From assembly GCF_002571385.2 (NCBI RefSeq), contig NW_019217850.1, forward strand, positions 55,905 to 119,904: 64,000 nucleotides of DNA, written 5' to 3'. Numbering within the stretch: position 1 is the stretch's first letter; each line of letters starts with the position of its first letter. The stretch is from Stylophora pistillata (taxonomy: Eukaryota). Below are positions 25,232-38,326 of the stretch, piece after piece. The notes below the pieces were generated by a model. The model was not told the DNA's origin, searched no databases, and worked only from the letters and a program-made list of their open reading frames with translations. A program made the position numbers and the translations under genes.

Positions 25232-27776
25232 ATGCTGCGGAGGCTCATTAGAAGACGTTTCTTACACCGTCACAATACAGATTTGATTCGCTCTACCGTT
25301 ATCAAGAGCGCTGGGGAAATCTCTCACCAAGGGAGGTAGCGTACAAACACCTGTATTTAAATTGTTCGTATTTTTTTTGATAAACTTGTTTGACATGAGA
25401 CAACCTGTTGATCCTTTGCAACAGTGACGAAAGCCGGCAAGGCAAAGGCAGTTACTTGTGTATGCATTCCGATCTGTGAGTATTGTGTCTCAGAAATCTA
25501 GGAAGCCCAATTCTTTGGAGCCTCCGATCCAGAGAGCACATGGGATGCAGTTAACAAATTGTCCATGTCGATGATTGTCCTGTGTCATCCAAGCTTTTCC
25601 AGGTCGCAGCCCTGTAACAAGTTAGTCTAACAACAACTTGATTTTCCAGACAACAGACCACAGCAACATCAACAGAAAGAGAAGATGCAGAGCATTTCTA
25701 TGATAGCAAAAAGTTTCCTAGAGCCAAGAAAGTGAATGGAAGATTTGTTCTTCCATGGAGAGGGTCTGCACAATTGCCCTCGATGCTTGTTGCTGCTCGA
25801 TGGTTTTTAGGGTCACCCAATAATAGCAGTGTACCAGGCGGAGGACTGAAAGATTTTTTCCAGTTTGATGATAAGGTTTGTTACATGTTAAGTATCATTA
25901 TGTTGAAATGTTAAATTTTGAAACTTAAGCAAAGATAAACCTGTTTTTTAACATATTGCTTTTCATGACAGTCGAGGCTAAGGTTTCTGTACAGGCCTAT
26001 ACTTCATTACACATACAGCTCTTGGATATTGAAAACAATGGTCAAAATGACAGATTGCCTTTGGGACTATGTCTTTGTTTTACAATATTATTGTAGTATG
26101 GGGCAGATGATCATTTCCTCTGCATTTTTTTTTTTGTCAACTAATAATGCAGAGATTTTCGACCTTGCAGTGATACATGTACATGGCTCATCACAGTTCA
26201 ATGACTTGTGAACATTCTTCGATTACAGACCTTTACTTGTGATAATGTTGCATTAGGATAAGTTTGATGCTGATCACTCAACAGGCTTAAGATTGAACAG
26301 AATGGATTTTCTGTTGGTTTAACGAAAGTTACTGATTTTTATCATTATCTAGAAACTGGACAGGACTCTCCCAGTTCTCAAACCCGACAAGGCAAGATTA
26401 AAATCTCCTGCATTCAATAACATTCAGCTTACTTGGATCGGTCATGCAACTGTTTTAGTCCAAATGGAAGGGCTCACCATCATTACAGATCCTGTATTTA
26501 GCGATTACTGTGGTGCTGTGCAAGGATTTGGAGTCAAAAGATATCGTCCTGTTCCTTGTACTGTAGATGAACTTCCTGAAATCGATGCTGTGTGTATTAG
26601 CCATAATCACTATGATCACCTAGATTACAACTCAGTTTGTGAACTTAACAAGAGGTTTGGCAGTAAACTCTACTGGTACGTGCCTATGGGACTTCACCAA
26701 TGGATGAAAAATTGTGGATGTAAAAATGTTTTTGAACTAGAATGGTGGGATGAACGGTCTCACCCAACATTAACTGAAGATAAAAAGGCAGTAAAGTTCG
26801 CTTTTACTCCAGCACAACACTGGTGTCGCAGAGGAATAAATGATACAAATGAGGTTCTTTGGGGGAGTTGGTCAATTATTGGTCAACAACACAGATTTTT
26901 CTTTGCTGGTGACTCTGGTTACTGTCACATCTTTAAACAAATAGGCAAGCAATATGGTCCATTTGATCTGGCAGCTATCCCTATTGGAGCATATGAACCA
27001 AGGTATGGTGTAAAACCACCTAAAGGGGAAAAAATGGACACTGTCATCAGACTATATTACCATGGTGAGATCTATTCTTTGGTCATAGAACACCTCATCA
27101 GGGATAAAACCACTAGGAGTTAGTAAGGACTCACTGGAAACCCGTATTGTGCTGAGAATTGAATCAGTGAGATTTTCTTTCACTCCAGCACAATGATGGT
27201 GTTATGGAGGGATACATGATAGAAATGACGTGTGCAGATACCTTTGGGGGTTGGTAAATGCTCACAGCACAGATTCTTCTTTTGTTGTTTAACAGGGGAT
27301 TGATGTCTTTCCAGCATGTTAACCCACAGGAAGCTGTACAGATTCACCAAGATGTCAAAGCTAACTCTTCTATTGGAATTCATTGGGGTACATTTAATTT
27401 ATCATATGAGGTGAGTGAACCTTAATATAAGTTAACTGTTATAATTTCTTACTGTTTCAGTTTGTGGTTTGGAATTAATCAACACATATATACCATATTT
27501 CCTTACCTGAAAAAGCACCCATGCTCTTAATAAGTGTTCCACCTCAAGTAAGCGCCCACCTCCTGGGCCAATATATCAAACCAGCACCCCCCTCTCCCTC
27601 TCTTTCATTAACAGTATGGATACTGTTGCACATGAGATCACTGGATGATGGATATCCTCCCCTGGGGTGGGATGGGTGGGTTACAAGACTTAGTGTAATG
27701 CACCTTTGATCATTACATGTTAAAAGGTGCACTATAACTTGATAATTTATTATTACTATTATTATTATTATTTTTT

Positions 27777-27810
<34 letters not shown>

Positions 27811-28566
27811 ACAAGAAAACCTGTTTTTGTTACTACTTTGCATGTGACTTTTTAAGCTTCAACCACAGCTGAATCAGTACAGGTTAATAGTTTCTAAATA
27901 GATGCCCCCCCTCCCTTGATTAAGCATCCTCCTTCCAGTCAGCAACCCCCCCCCCTCTCTTTTGGTTGAAATTTTTAAATAATTGCCTGTGCATTTATTT
28001 GAGGAAATACATGAAGTTTTGTTGATTTGCATGGACATCCTGCCACTGAAAATTTGGTGACTGATTGATTAGTTTGTTGAACACAGCATCAAGTAGTACT
28101 AGTTTGAGTATAAGCTGGGTCAAAGTCTTAAATTATGTGATCCAGGGTCTCACAGTGCCTCTTTCCACTCACATCTGTAAATCGATACCTGCAAACTGTT
28201 GTTGAAATGAAGTTGGACATGATGAAATACTGGGCAGGGAGGAATGGACCTTCAAGTGCAGACTTTGTCTTTACCCAGGAAGTTTTTGAGGAAACAGACT
28301 CACACCCTCATCTTTTTTATTAAGTGAATGACTCAACCAGTGCAGTTCACTGACTGCTGGTTGTCACACTACTTCTTCCATGTTTTGCCAGCTATTTGAT
28401 TGTACATCTTTTTTTTTTTTTTTTTTCGTTCCTCTTGTAGCATTATCTGGACCCACCAAAAAAGTTAATTGAAACATTAGACATGAAAGGTATTCCTCAG
28501 ACAGAGTTCCATACCATCAAACATGGTGAAACTAAAGTTGTTGATGGGGTGAAGGTGAACAATTAA
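25232..28566 (+). CDS. NAPEPLD: NAPE-PLD paralogue 3 with an Arg-rich N-terminal extension
   Basis: Exons 25232-25335, 25650-25875, 26353-27002, 27296-27410, 28441-28566, with consistent phases. Motifs HNHYDH, QHWCRR, FFAGDSGY, IHWGTF. Exon 1 is less certain than the rest. Confidence 0.9.
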
Positions 28567-29984
28567 GTAGAACAAATGTTACTGTTATATATTAATTATT
28601 TTTTCCAGTAAATGTGTATGAAATAATGAGCTTCTTAACAGTATTATATATTTCTACAGTGTCTATCTGGTTGTTCAAATTTTTTAAACAAATTAATAGT
28701 TTTTCCCTAAGATTATGGGGACTGATCTGAGACAAAGGGAATCCAAATTAGATATTTCATGAGGAATCTTTTAAATTAAAACAACACCATATATCCTAGT
28801 TAGTGGGTATTATAGAATTGTTAATAGTAGTGTTAGATAGTGGAAGTAAAGCAAAGTATTATGGTTTTACTTGATATACCTTTCAAAAACAGATGAAAAC
28901 CAGGGTTTAGATTCATATTTACATAAAAAGCTTTCTCTGGTTAAAGAGTTATTTTCTCAAGTACGTATATCTTACAACTTTCATTTTAAAGCTTTTAAAC
29001 ACTATCTATAAGGATGTAAATGTTCAAGGCAGAAAAAAATGTGCAAAATGGAAGAATGAAAAAAAAAAAGGTTTAACTGTCAAATGAGAAATAAAATACC
29101 ATCTTACAAGAAAGGAGCATTATTTTGATAACAGCTTCAAGTTAATCTTTAAACCCCTAAGAGCGATCAGCATCTAATTTCTCCTTACAATATCACTCCT
29201 GCATCACACATTAAGGTCAGGAGAATAAAGGAAATGATCACCAACTAAAGAAGCTCCTGATGGTAAAGTAAATTCTCCTTGTTAGCACCCTAGGGAATGT
29301 ATAGAGAACAATATTGAGAATATAGATTCTGAGGTTAGGGCATAAAGGGTTGTTGTCTGCTCTATACTCTACTCAGCAGTATGTGCAATAGATTTACACA
29401 ACTGCTTACCACTTGAGAGGAGAAGTTCTCTCATCGATTTGCTAAAAATTACAAAATACTGTCAAAACCTTTGTGCAAGGCTTTAGAAGTTTATACTATG
29501 GTTTCAAGCCATTTTTCTGGTTCTAAATATCCCTCTAGAACTCTCGAAGTGCCCCAAAATGTATAAAAAACAAATTTGCAAACTCATTCCTTTGTTACAC
29601 ATATGGACTAAGGCAGCATGGGTAATGCTTGGCAGATATGCAAATAAGAAAAACACCCACAAAAGTGCTCCCTCTAACCAAAGGCAACACAGCTTCCTAC
29701 AAAGAGCTTTAATTTGTAAATGTGCAAATATGTCTATTTTGTTAAACATAATTCTATGCATTTACGCATCTGACTTCCTGCTTGCATGTGACAATATGCA
29801 ACATTCACATACTGTCCACTTGAGAAGTTCGAGGTTCTATTCCTTTCCCCCAATTTGGAACAACAACTCAGACAAGTTCACTTAACACCACTTGACTTTT
29901 ATTACGAACAAACACTAAGTGCTAGAGAGTACTGGGTGACCTAAACAAAGTAATTTTTTTTTTAAAATTGGCTTGAAGTTGTAG

Positions 29985-32301
29985 TTATTTTATTTCTTGT
30001 ACAAGTGTTTCAATCTCTTCCTTTGTAAACATCCGGAAGTTTTTGTCTGGTGTTGAAGTTCCAAGCTGTAAACAACAATTGAAATCAGTCTTAGTTGTAC
30101 CTGTCTAATCACCATAATGGCCTTGTAAAGCTATTTTAATTGGAAAGTAAATCAGTCAGTCCACCAGCCAATTAATTCTTCCATGCATTCATTTTTTTTT
30201 TCACCCATCCAATCATTCATCCACTAACCCTTTGAATCTCCAGATCTTATTTTTACTTCTTCCCTCTAGCTGCTACACAATTCCTTGTGAAATACCGTAA
30301 AAGCCCAGAGATAAGCTGCACCCTAAATTTAGCAGCTCAAATTTTGGAAAGAAATCAAAAGAAATCCAAAGTCGAGTCTTGAGAAGTCTGCTTCATCCAC
30401 TGTTCATTAAACGTAAACTCGATATTAACATCGCAACCGAAAATACTTCAAAGTTTTAACCACAATTTTAGCCCTAATATAATGAACATCATTTCTACCA
30501 ACTTTGACAAATGATTGGTCTTTTTCTGGTATTTTCTGACAGGAATTTCTTCATTCAACATAGTTTTTCCATAGATTTTTGCATTACAACTAGTATGTGA
30601 GCAGAAAATTTGAAGCTTAGTAACCAGGCATTAGATCACATACGAGAATAGACATTCCCAACACCTTTTCAAATGTTCCTGCAGATAAGCGGCACCCTCA
30701 ATTTCTAGTGACGATTTTTGGAAAAAAAAGTGCAGCTTAAACGCGGGCTTTTACAGTAGTTATGAGAATTTGGTGTTAGATCAAGATACCAACTTCTATT
30801 GATAAGTTTGAGTATTCTCATTACCTGTTTGATGAATAATGTATGGATATCATGGGAAGAAGTTCCATGTTAATTACTTCTGGGGTTTATCTGTTTATTC
30901 ATTCATTTGTTCTTGAAATTAGAAACATTATCTAACAATCAATCAATCATCCATTTATTTCTCCTTCCCACGAAGTAAAGTTACCACCTTACAACATCAA
31001 AATATCTAACCTCTACATTTGTAGCATTGAGTTTTTCCTCCATAACTTGTTTGAGTATTGTAAGAGCAGATTTACAAGCTTCTCTCAGTGTCATGGACTA
31101 CAAGGAAATTAAGTGCAGATCAAATTAGAAACATAAAACACTGAGCATAGTAAACCAGACAATTTTAAAATTTTCTTTTCTACAAACTACCGATAGTTAT
31201 GCAAAGTCAGTGGTACATCAACAAATATGTTTGATAACAGCCACTGTTATAATCAAAGACTTTACAGCCTGTCGAGACACCTTAAATTCTTTTACCTTGT
31301 GATAAACCTCTTCTAGAGCTTGTTGTGCACCTTCTGATCCCGAACCTGCAATTTAATAACCCAGATTAGGAAAAACTAACAAAATCTGGCAACACTAATT
31401 GATGTGATTGTCTCTGAGTCACTCCTAGCCAGTGCGAGATAGATTTAGTAGATATATTCCATACTGCTATGCATCTGTTTAGTAGTAATACATCACAGAT
31501 GAAATCAAAATGTGGTACAAACACAAAAGTGGCACATGAGGGCCAAGTGTGTCAGTCACTGAATGTTCTTACCATATTTTGACGTCTTGTGTGATCTGTT
31601 ATTGAACAAACCCACAGAAACATAGAATCCATTCGTGTTATGTAGCAAAATGTTCTAATGCAACCTTGTACCCAGGGTCTCTCATCTTCCCATTCCCTTC
31701 TCTCTCACTTCAGGGGATGGGAAAATGAGAGACCCTGGGAATGAGGTTGGCTCTAATGGTGACATGATCTATGCTGGTTTTCCTCCCTCTGCAAAAACCA
31801 ACATTCCAAATTCCAATTTGATCTGAAAACAGTGGACAAGAAGAACCACCCAGTGGAATGTCCATTGCTAAATTAATTTTCTTATATTTATTTATTGCAT
31901 GATCTGTCCTCCAACAGATTAGAAGTCCAAACCAATCAAAATGTGTGTAAATCCCACTTATCATAATACTGAATGGACCAACTGCAACATGCAATCTATT
32001 TGCTTAACATGATAAAAACCCAACAATTTCTTGATGGTGACCTCATCTATGTATTTGTCATCCAATAGACCATAAGTAAGGACCAAACACAATATGTGTA
32101 TAATTCCATTTGGAATAAAATATCATTGAAATATCTCTAACTTTTATTTTGTTTGTACCTATGGCTTTTGCATCATATTGGAAAAATGTACCAGAGGGGT
32201 CCAAGTGATAACTAAATAGAAAAGGAAAAAGAAGACATAGTTCTTAATAATGGATATATCAACAAAGTTGAAATGGTAAATTGGCCACCGTAACGATTAT
32301 A

Positions 32302-32333
<32 letters not shown>

Positions 32334-32353
32334 GAGCGTTAGCCCTTCGCTTC

Positions 32354-32385
<32 letters not shown>

Positions 32386-35300
32386 TGTAATCGTTACGGT
32401 GGCCAATTTACCATTTCAACTTTGTTGATATATCCAAATTATTTCATTACTCCCACCGACGCAGCCCCAAACAGTTTCTTTCGAAACTATCAGCCTTTGT
32501 TCTTAATAGTGGTTGGTTGTGATTATTTTTTAAATTTGACAAGTCTGTGGAGTAACGTCACACAACTGATAGAAGGTACAGAGAGCAGTACAAAGAAAAT
32601 TATCTTTTAAGGATTAACTTCTTCAGTTACTGACCAAGGAATACTTTTGGGTGGAATTTGTTGCCTGACTCCATTAGTAATCACATTGCTGCACCACTGA
32701 GTATGTACTGAATCGAGTTAAACTCAGTATTTTCCTTTTCATATTCAGTAGCAGTCAATAATATTTGTACAAGCAGGGAAATTAAGTAGGAGTGTGACCT
32801 GACAAATTAACCAGTTGTTGACGATTTAGGAAATGACAGAATCATTTTTTGTTTCATTAATAATCCTTTAAACCCTCCAAGTGACAAGAATCTGATTTCT
32901 CCCAACAGAATCAACCCTAAATAAGGTTATGAGAATTACAGAAATTATCACAAACTCCTTAAGTTCTTGATTGTTGGACAAATTCTTCTTAAAAGTACAA
33001 TTAAAGGAAATTTATGGAGAACAGTATAGAGAACATGCTAATGTTATGTTGTAATGGGTTAAAACTCTTACAGTTGAGGACCTTTGGCATCTACTCCCCC
33101 AAATAGCAAAGCTACACCAAATGGACGACTCTGAAGAAAGAAAATAATTAATTTTGCTTTAAGCGCAAGCAAGGCTAGACACTAACAGCAGCCAACTAGC
33201 CACAGACTAGTAGAAATTCAGTTTTAGCTGGTGGTTTTCAATTTCCACCAGCCACTTTGGCTAGTCAACAAACTGAAATTGTTGTAACATCTAAGCTGTC
33301 ACTAGTCACTTGGCAAATACGTTGAAAAGTTAGTGTTGAGCCCTGGCAAGTCAAATTAAATTTAGGAAAGTTCATAATATAGACAGGCATAGCAAGGTGT
33401 TGTTTGAGCAGAGTCTTTCATTTCTCTGAGTCAAGGTAATTCAAGACAGTGCCTGCAAACTTTGTCTTTATCCTGCAAAACAGAAATTTTCCTTACTTTC
33501 TTACTGGAAAGTTCACGAGTAAACAGAATCACACACTGGTCATCATCATCCTTCCCTTTCCTTTGATCCACCATGAGCTGAGTTGGTATACAGGGTGCCT
33601 AAAACAGTCACTGCTTTGCTGCTGGAATTACTAGCTACAGACTGAAGCACTCACTGTCTTGCACAAAATAATTACAAGCCAACCAACAATTTCCCGTAAA
33701 AAATTTGGTTGGGTTCAATGCAAGATCTCATCCACATCAGCTTGATTCACTCATAAAGGCACTTTATAAAGTTGCTTTTAACCCTTTTACTCCCAAGATC
33801 TGATTAGAAATCCTCCTTACTGTCTAACATGAATTTTATGATGTTAGTTTAGAGAATTTGGTATTGGATCAACCAATAATTCCCAAATTGATATTTTTCT
33901 TTACTTGTCTGCTTGATATTGTCTTGATATTGTAAAGAGAAATTCTGTCTTGGTCACTCAGGAGTTAAAAGGCTAAATAAGGTGGGTAGACTTCCTCACC
34001 ATGGCTCCTTCTCTTGCATCATCATCTCCAAACTCAAGCGCAAGGTTTGATACAGCTTGTGTGACACTCTCCACACTCATCTTTTCATTGTATGTGAACC
34101 AGTGATTCTACAATTATGATGATAAAAAATAACATTCACACATAATAATTAGAAAAATTATTAAAAGGGACTTTTCCTAGAACACAAGTGAACACACAAA
34201 GTAAATCATACATAAGAGAAATCTATCTGCCCTCAACAATCAAAGGATATGCTTTAGTTCTGTAACTTGACAATTCAATAGCCATCCCTTTGCAATGACC
34301 CTGTTGGAACCAGCTTTCCAGATGAGCAACAAGTACTGTACACCAAGCAGGCAGAGTTAACATGATACTAATCTTCAGGAGAATATCATTGAAACATGCC
34401 CTCTTTCAACTTGAGACAAGGATGCCTACCACCCACATTAAAATGAACATAGACCTTCTTTTGGTAACTTGCAATCTGATCATTATTGTGCACCATCACA
34501 TCACTCTTTGAAGAGTGTTTCTCTAATAATTTGAAACCCCTGTCCCAAAAAGAATTTACCCAAATAATATATAATTGTTATCATTATAAAGTAAAGTCTT
34601 GGTTGCATATATCGTCCATCTCAAATTTTACGTCTTTCTATAACCAACAATTTCCTCCAAATGACTCAGTTTACCTGTGCTTCCACTCTCGCTTTATCCA
34701 CCATTGTTCTAGAGTCGGCAATTAGACCACTCATAGCACAACCTTAATATAAAAAGACTTTATCAGTAACCTTAATTCAAAACATTTGTTCGAATTAAGA
34801 CTGAAGAAAGAAAGGCAATAATTATATATCTGTATGCACAATAAAGAAAAATACTTTGAGCGAAGATTTGCCCCATCAGCAACAATGCTCACTATATGGA
34901 TTTCATTCCACGAATTAGACAAAAGGTAACTTCAAATCGTGTCAAAAATTAATCGAGTGAAAACTCCTCAAGACTCAACTCAAGCCTCAATCCTCAAAGT
35001 TATCAAGGATCAAGAATTGAGGATCAAGGTTCAAGGGACTGTCAACTTAATTTTAAGCAGTACTGTAGCAAAGTAAGTCAAAAAACATATCTTAACAAAA
35101 AGTAATTTAAACATTCCTTCCTACATGAGCTACAAGGTTTGCAGTTTGCAGTTAGAACATAGCAAGTCGTGCAGAGGGCTGTAAGGACCTTTCTGGATTT
35201 TGTCTTTCAGGTGAAAAAATCTGTCTGGCTGAGTGGGGTATTTGGAATAATAGATTGACATTCATATTTCAGTACCACAGTGCTTTCTATAAGATTTGAA

Positions 35301-37938
35301 ATAGGCTACCTCGGTACAGCACCCGCCAGAGAGCAATTTGAGTACGACTTGAGCGTGGTGACTGTGACTTGAGCATGGTGAAATTTACCTGGCGACTCAC
35401 AACAGAATACCTGCCAGCGCTCCTGCAGGTGCCGGGTCTTATTGAAAGCACTGGTAACATACAGGATTAAAGAGAGAACAATATATATAATGCTTCTAAC
35501 AGAAACTAGAGTTGTTAAGTACCATTCATGCATGTGCACTTGATTTGACTTTAGCACCAGAGAGTGTAGATATAATTGTAAATTACCTATGTGACTGTCA
35601 ATTTCCACAATTTTTTCCACACTGGTTGGTTCCATAAGAGGAGAGGTGATCCGTTTTTCCACAGCCAGCACAACACCCTCCGATGTCTGTATGCCAATAG
35701 CTGTTGATCCAAGCTGTACATTCAAAAAGAAAAGCTTTAAGCTTCCTACCGACCGATTGACTAACAAAGTAGAGAAATTTTGAATGACCAGCTGATTGGC
35801 TTGTAGACAAACAGTGTACTGTACAGTCATTGAGTTTGTCAGAGAGACAAACAGAGAAGTTGACAGACAGACAGACTGACTAAATTAACCCTCTGACCGC
35901 AAGAGTGACTAGCAACTAATTTCTCCTTACAATATCACCCCTGAATCACACATTAAGGTCAGGAGAATAAAGGAAAGGATCACTAAAGAAGCTCTTGATT
36001 GTTAAACCAATTCTGCTTGTCAGAACCTCAAGAAACATATAGTGTACAGTATAGAGAATAACCATACTGATATCTACTGATGTTGGGGTGTAAGACTTAC
36101 TTTTATGGCTTCTATTGCATATTCCACTTGAAAGAGACGACCTTCTGGTGAAAAGGTGTTGACACCTCTGAAAAAAATTAAATCATATGCATTTGCAGCA
36201 TTTATTATCACTTATCTTTTGCATATATGGGGTGGCAAATGGTAAAATCTCAGATTCTCATGAGGCAGACTAATGTTTAAAAAGTCAGAGACTGAGATGA
36301 GACAACTCCTTATAATTATAAGCCCTTCAATGAAGGTTTTTAAAGTTACTATAAATTACAGGAAAATATGGCATTCAGGCTTCAATAGTCCCTTTTACAG
36401 TTGTGGGCTTGGTGGCCAAGCCTTTGAATAGGAGTGAGGCTAAGGGTGACCTAGCCTCCTATGCAGACGTTCTTTGGGCTCGTCACGTAATCTTCCTCCC
36501 CCACGAACGTCTACTGAAACGAACGGCACATTCATTTCCCTTTGTTCAAACAGATCAGACGGGGAGCACATAGAGATCACCGAAGAGCCAATTGGCGCTT
36601 GGTTATTGTTTAATAGAAAGCTAATCATAAGCTGTGATAGAACAACTCCCAAGAGGGGGTTTAATTTTCTCGCATTTCTTATTACTCATGGAAAACAGAT
36701 CTCAAAACCTTGCTCCAGAAACTCCAAAAAAAATTGTCGGAAAGAACTGTTTTCTGTGCAGTTTTCCATTAATCCCGCAGGCGAGAATAAGAGTGTTTGG
36801 TAAGAGTTCAGTGGATATTGCACACTTAACTGAATGCGCTGTGCAAACAGATTTGAATGTGTTTTCATCCAGCGACCGTTCGTCTGCAATAAGTGCTACA
36901 AGCAGTTACTTCATTTTGAAAAAGCTAAAACAAATCTGAGATCCCTTCAGGATGAGATAAAAAAGACTTGAAGAAAGTAGCAAATAGAACGAAACACTTA
37001 CATCGAAATTCTGGACTTNNNNNNNNNNNNNNNNNNNNNNNNNNNNNNNNNNNNNNNGAGGCTAAGGGTGACCCTGTTGTGATAGAGACCTGTATCTAGT
37101 TAGCATGATAACAAAGTAATTTGCATTTGAAAAGCAACAACATCTCTATCATAACAAGGTCACCCTTAGCCTCACTCCTGTTCAAAGGCTTGGCCACCAA
37201 GCCCACAACTGTAAAAAGGACTATTTAGTCTGACTTTTGCTTTTGCTTATGCAATACATCGGCTTCTATGTCCTCATCTCTTCAAAGAGCAACTATCATG
37301 CTCAAACTTTTGTTACTAACAATGCTTAATTCTTAGCTACTCTAGCTTTATACCCTTAGCAACATATAAGGAATTCCCAAACCTTGTGAACTTTGAAAAA
37401 AATGCGACACCTATATCATAGGGATTGCAACAGCTGACGAGATGATTTAGGTGATCAGATGAGAAATATGTGAAACCCACAGTTTTATATTTTCCTGATA
37501 CCATTCGCCAAACCTTGCCGGTGTAGCTTAAGAATACAAAACAGTGTAGAGTAATACTGAAACAGTGAAGAGTAATATTGTCTGTGTAGCGTTAGTCATG
37601 TAAAGTACTCTTGCTGGTGGAGTGACCGACACTTACTTTTCCAGCACACTGGAGGATTTACATGCTGACCTCTTCTCACTTTGGTGAAACACCAATCATT
37701 GGCATCAAGAATACACCTTTTCAGAACTACTTTCACACGAACGATCGCACCTCAGCACGATCCAGCTTTTTAATTCAAAGATCCTAACCACTTACTCGGG
37801 TACACGTAGCTAGCAATGTAACTCAGACACCTCTGTCTACAAACCTCTACATAAAGTTTAATTTTCGCTCAAAAAATCATTTTAGACATATTTTAGAATA
37901 TAAACTAACCTGTCGTACTCTGATCTTGTGAGAAACAT
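29985..37938 (-). CDS. PSMA5: Proteasome subunit alpha type-5
   Basis: [40 protein letters not shown]... Ten exons: 37938-37910, 36167-36101, 35714-35587, 34742-34675, 34107-34000, 33130-33072, 32211-32159, 31345-31296, 31097-31011, 30065-29985. Confidence 0.97.
30293..30758. mobile_element. TA-flanked Tc1/mariner-pogo-type MITE nested in a TTAA MITE
   Basis: Inverted termini taccgtaaaagccc...gggcttttacagta. Confidence 0.6.
36384..37225. mobile_element. Palindromic MITE carrying a nested TAG-ended (AcademH-like) insertion at 36452-37064
   Basis: Host arms aatagtcccttttacagttgtgggcttggtggccaagcctttgaa and the inverse. The insert starts tagcctc, is flanked by the direct repeat agggtgacc, and holds an ORF relic [14 protein letters not shown]. 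Its right end abuts an N gap. Confidence 0.6.
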
Positions 37939-38326
37939 TATCAACACTTCAAAATTTCCTTGAAATTATCCTTGATTTTAAGTAACAAGGCCACGAGGTC
38001 TCTTCTTAACTGTCAAACAACATAATCGAGGTTAGCTTTTTTTAAGAACAAAATGAAACGATACCACTTTTGTATTTTCATGATTTTAGGTACTTACAGT
38101 ATTCAAAGGGTAAAATTTACACAAAGCAGCGCAAATCGTAGCAGAAATAACAAATTTCTCGCGATAATTTTTGTCCAAAGGAGCTTAATAACTATGAGTG
38201 TGCAAGTTTCCTAGAGCCGGTCACCAAAATTGTCAGCGTTTCGCCCACAAAATATATGCTCTGCTCAGAATAATTTCATACCCATACCTCCCCCTGCCAA
38301 ATCAGCACTTATCGCTACGATTCAAC
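37939..38326. promoter_or_regulatory. Probable bidirectional promoter (PSMA5 / PMPCB)
   Basis: Divergent ATGs 388 bp apart. Confidence 0.65.
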
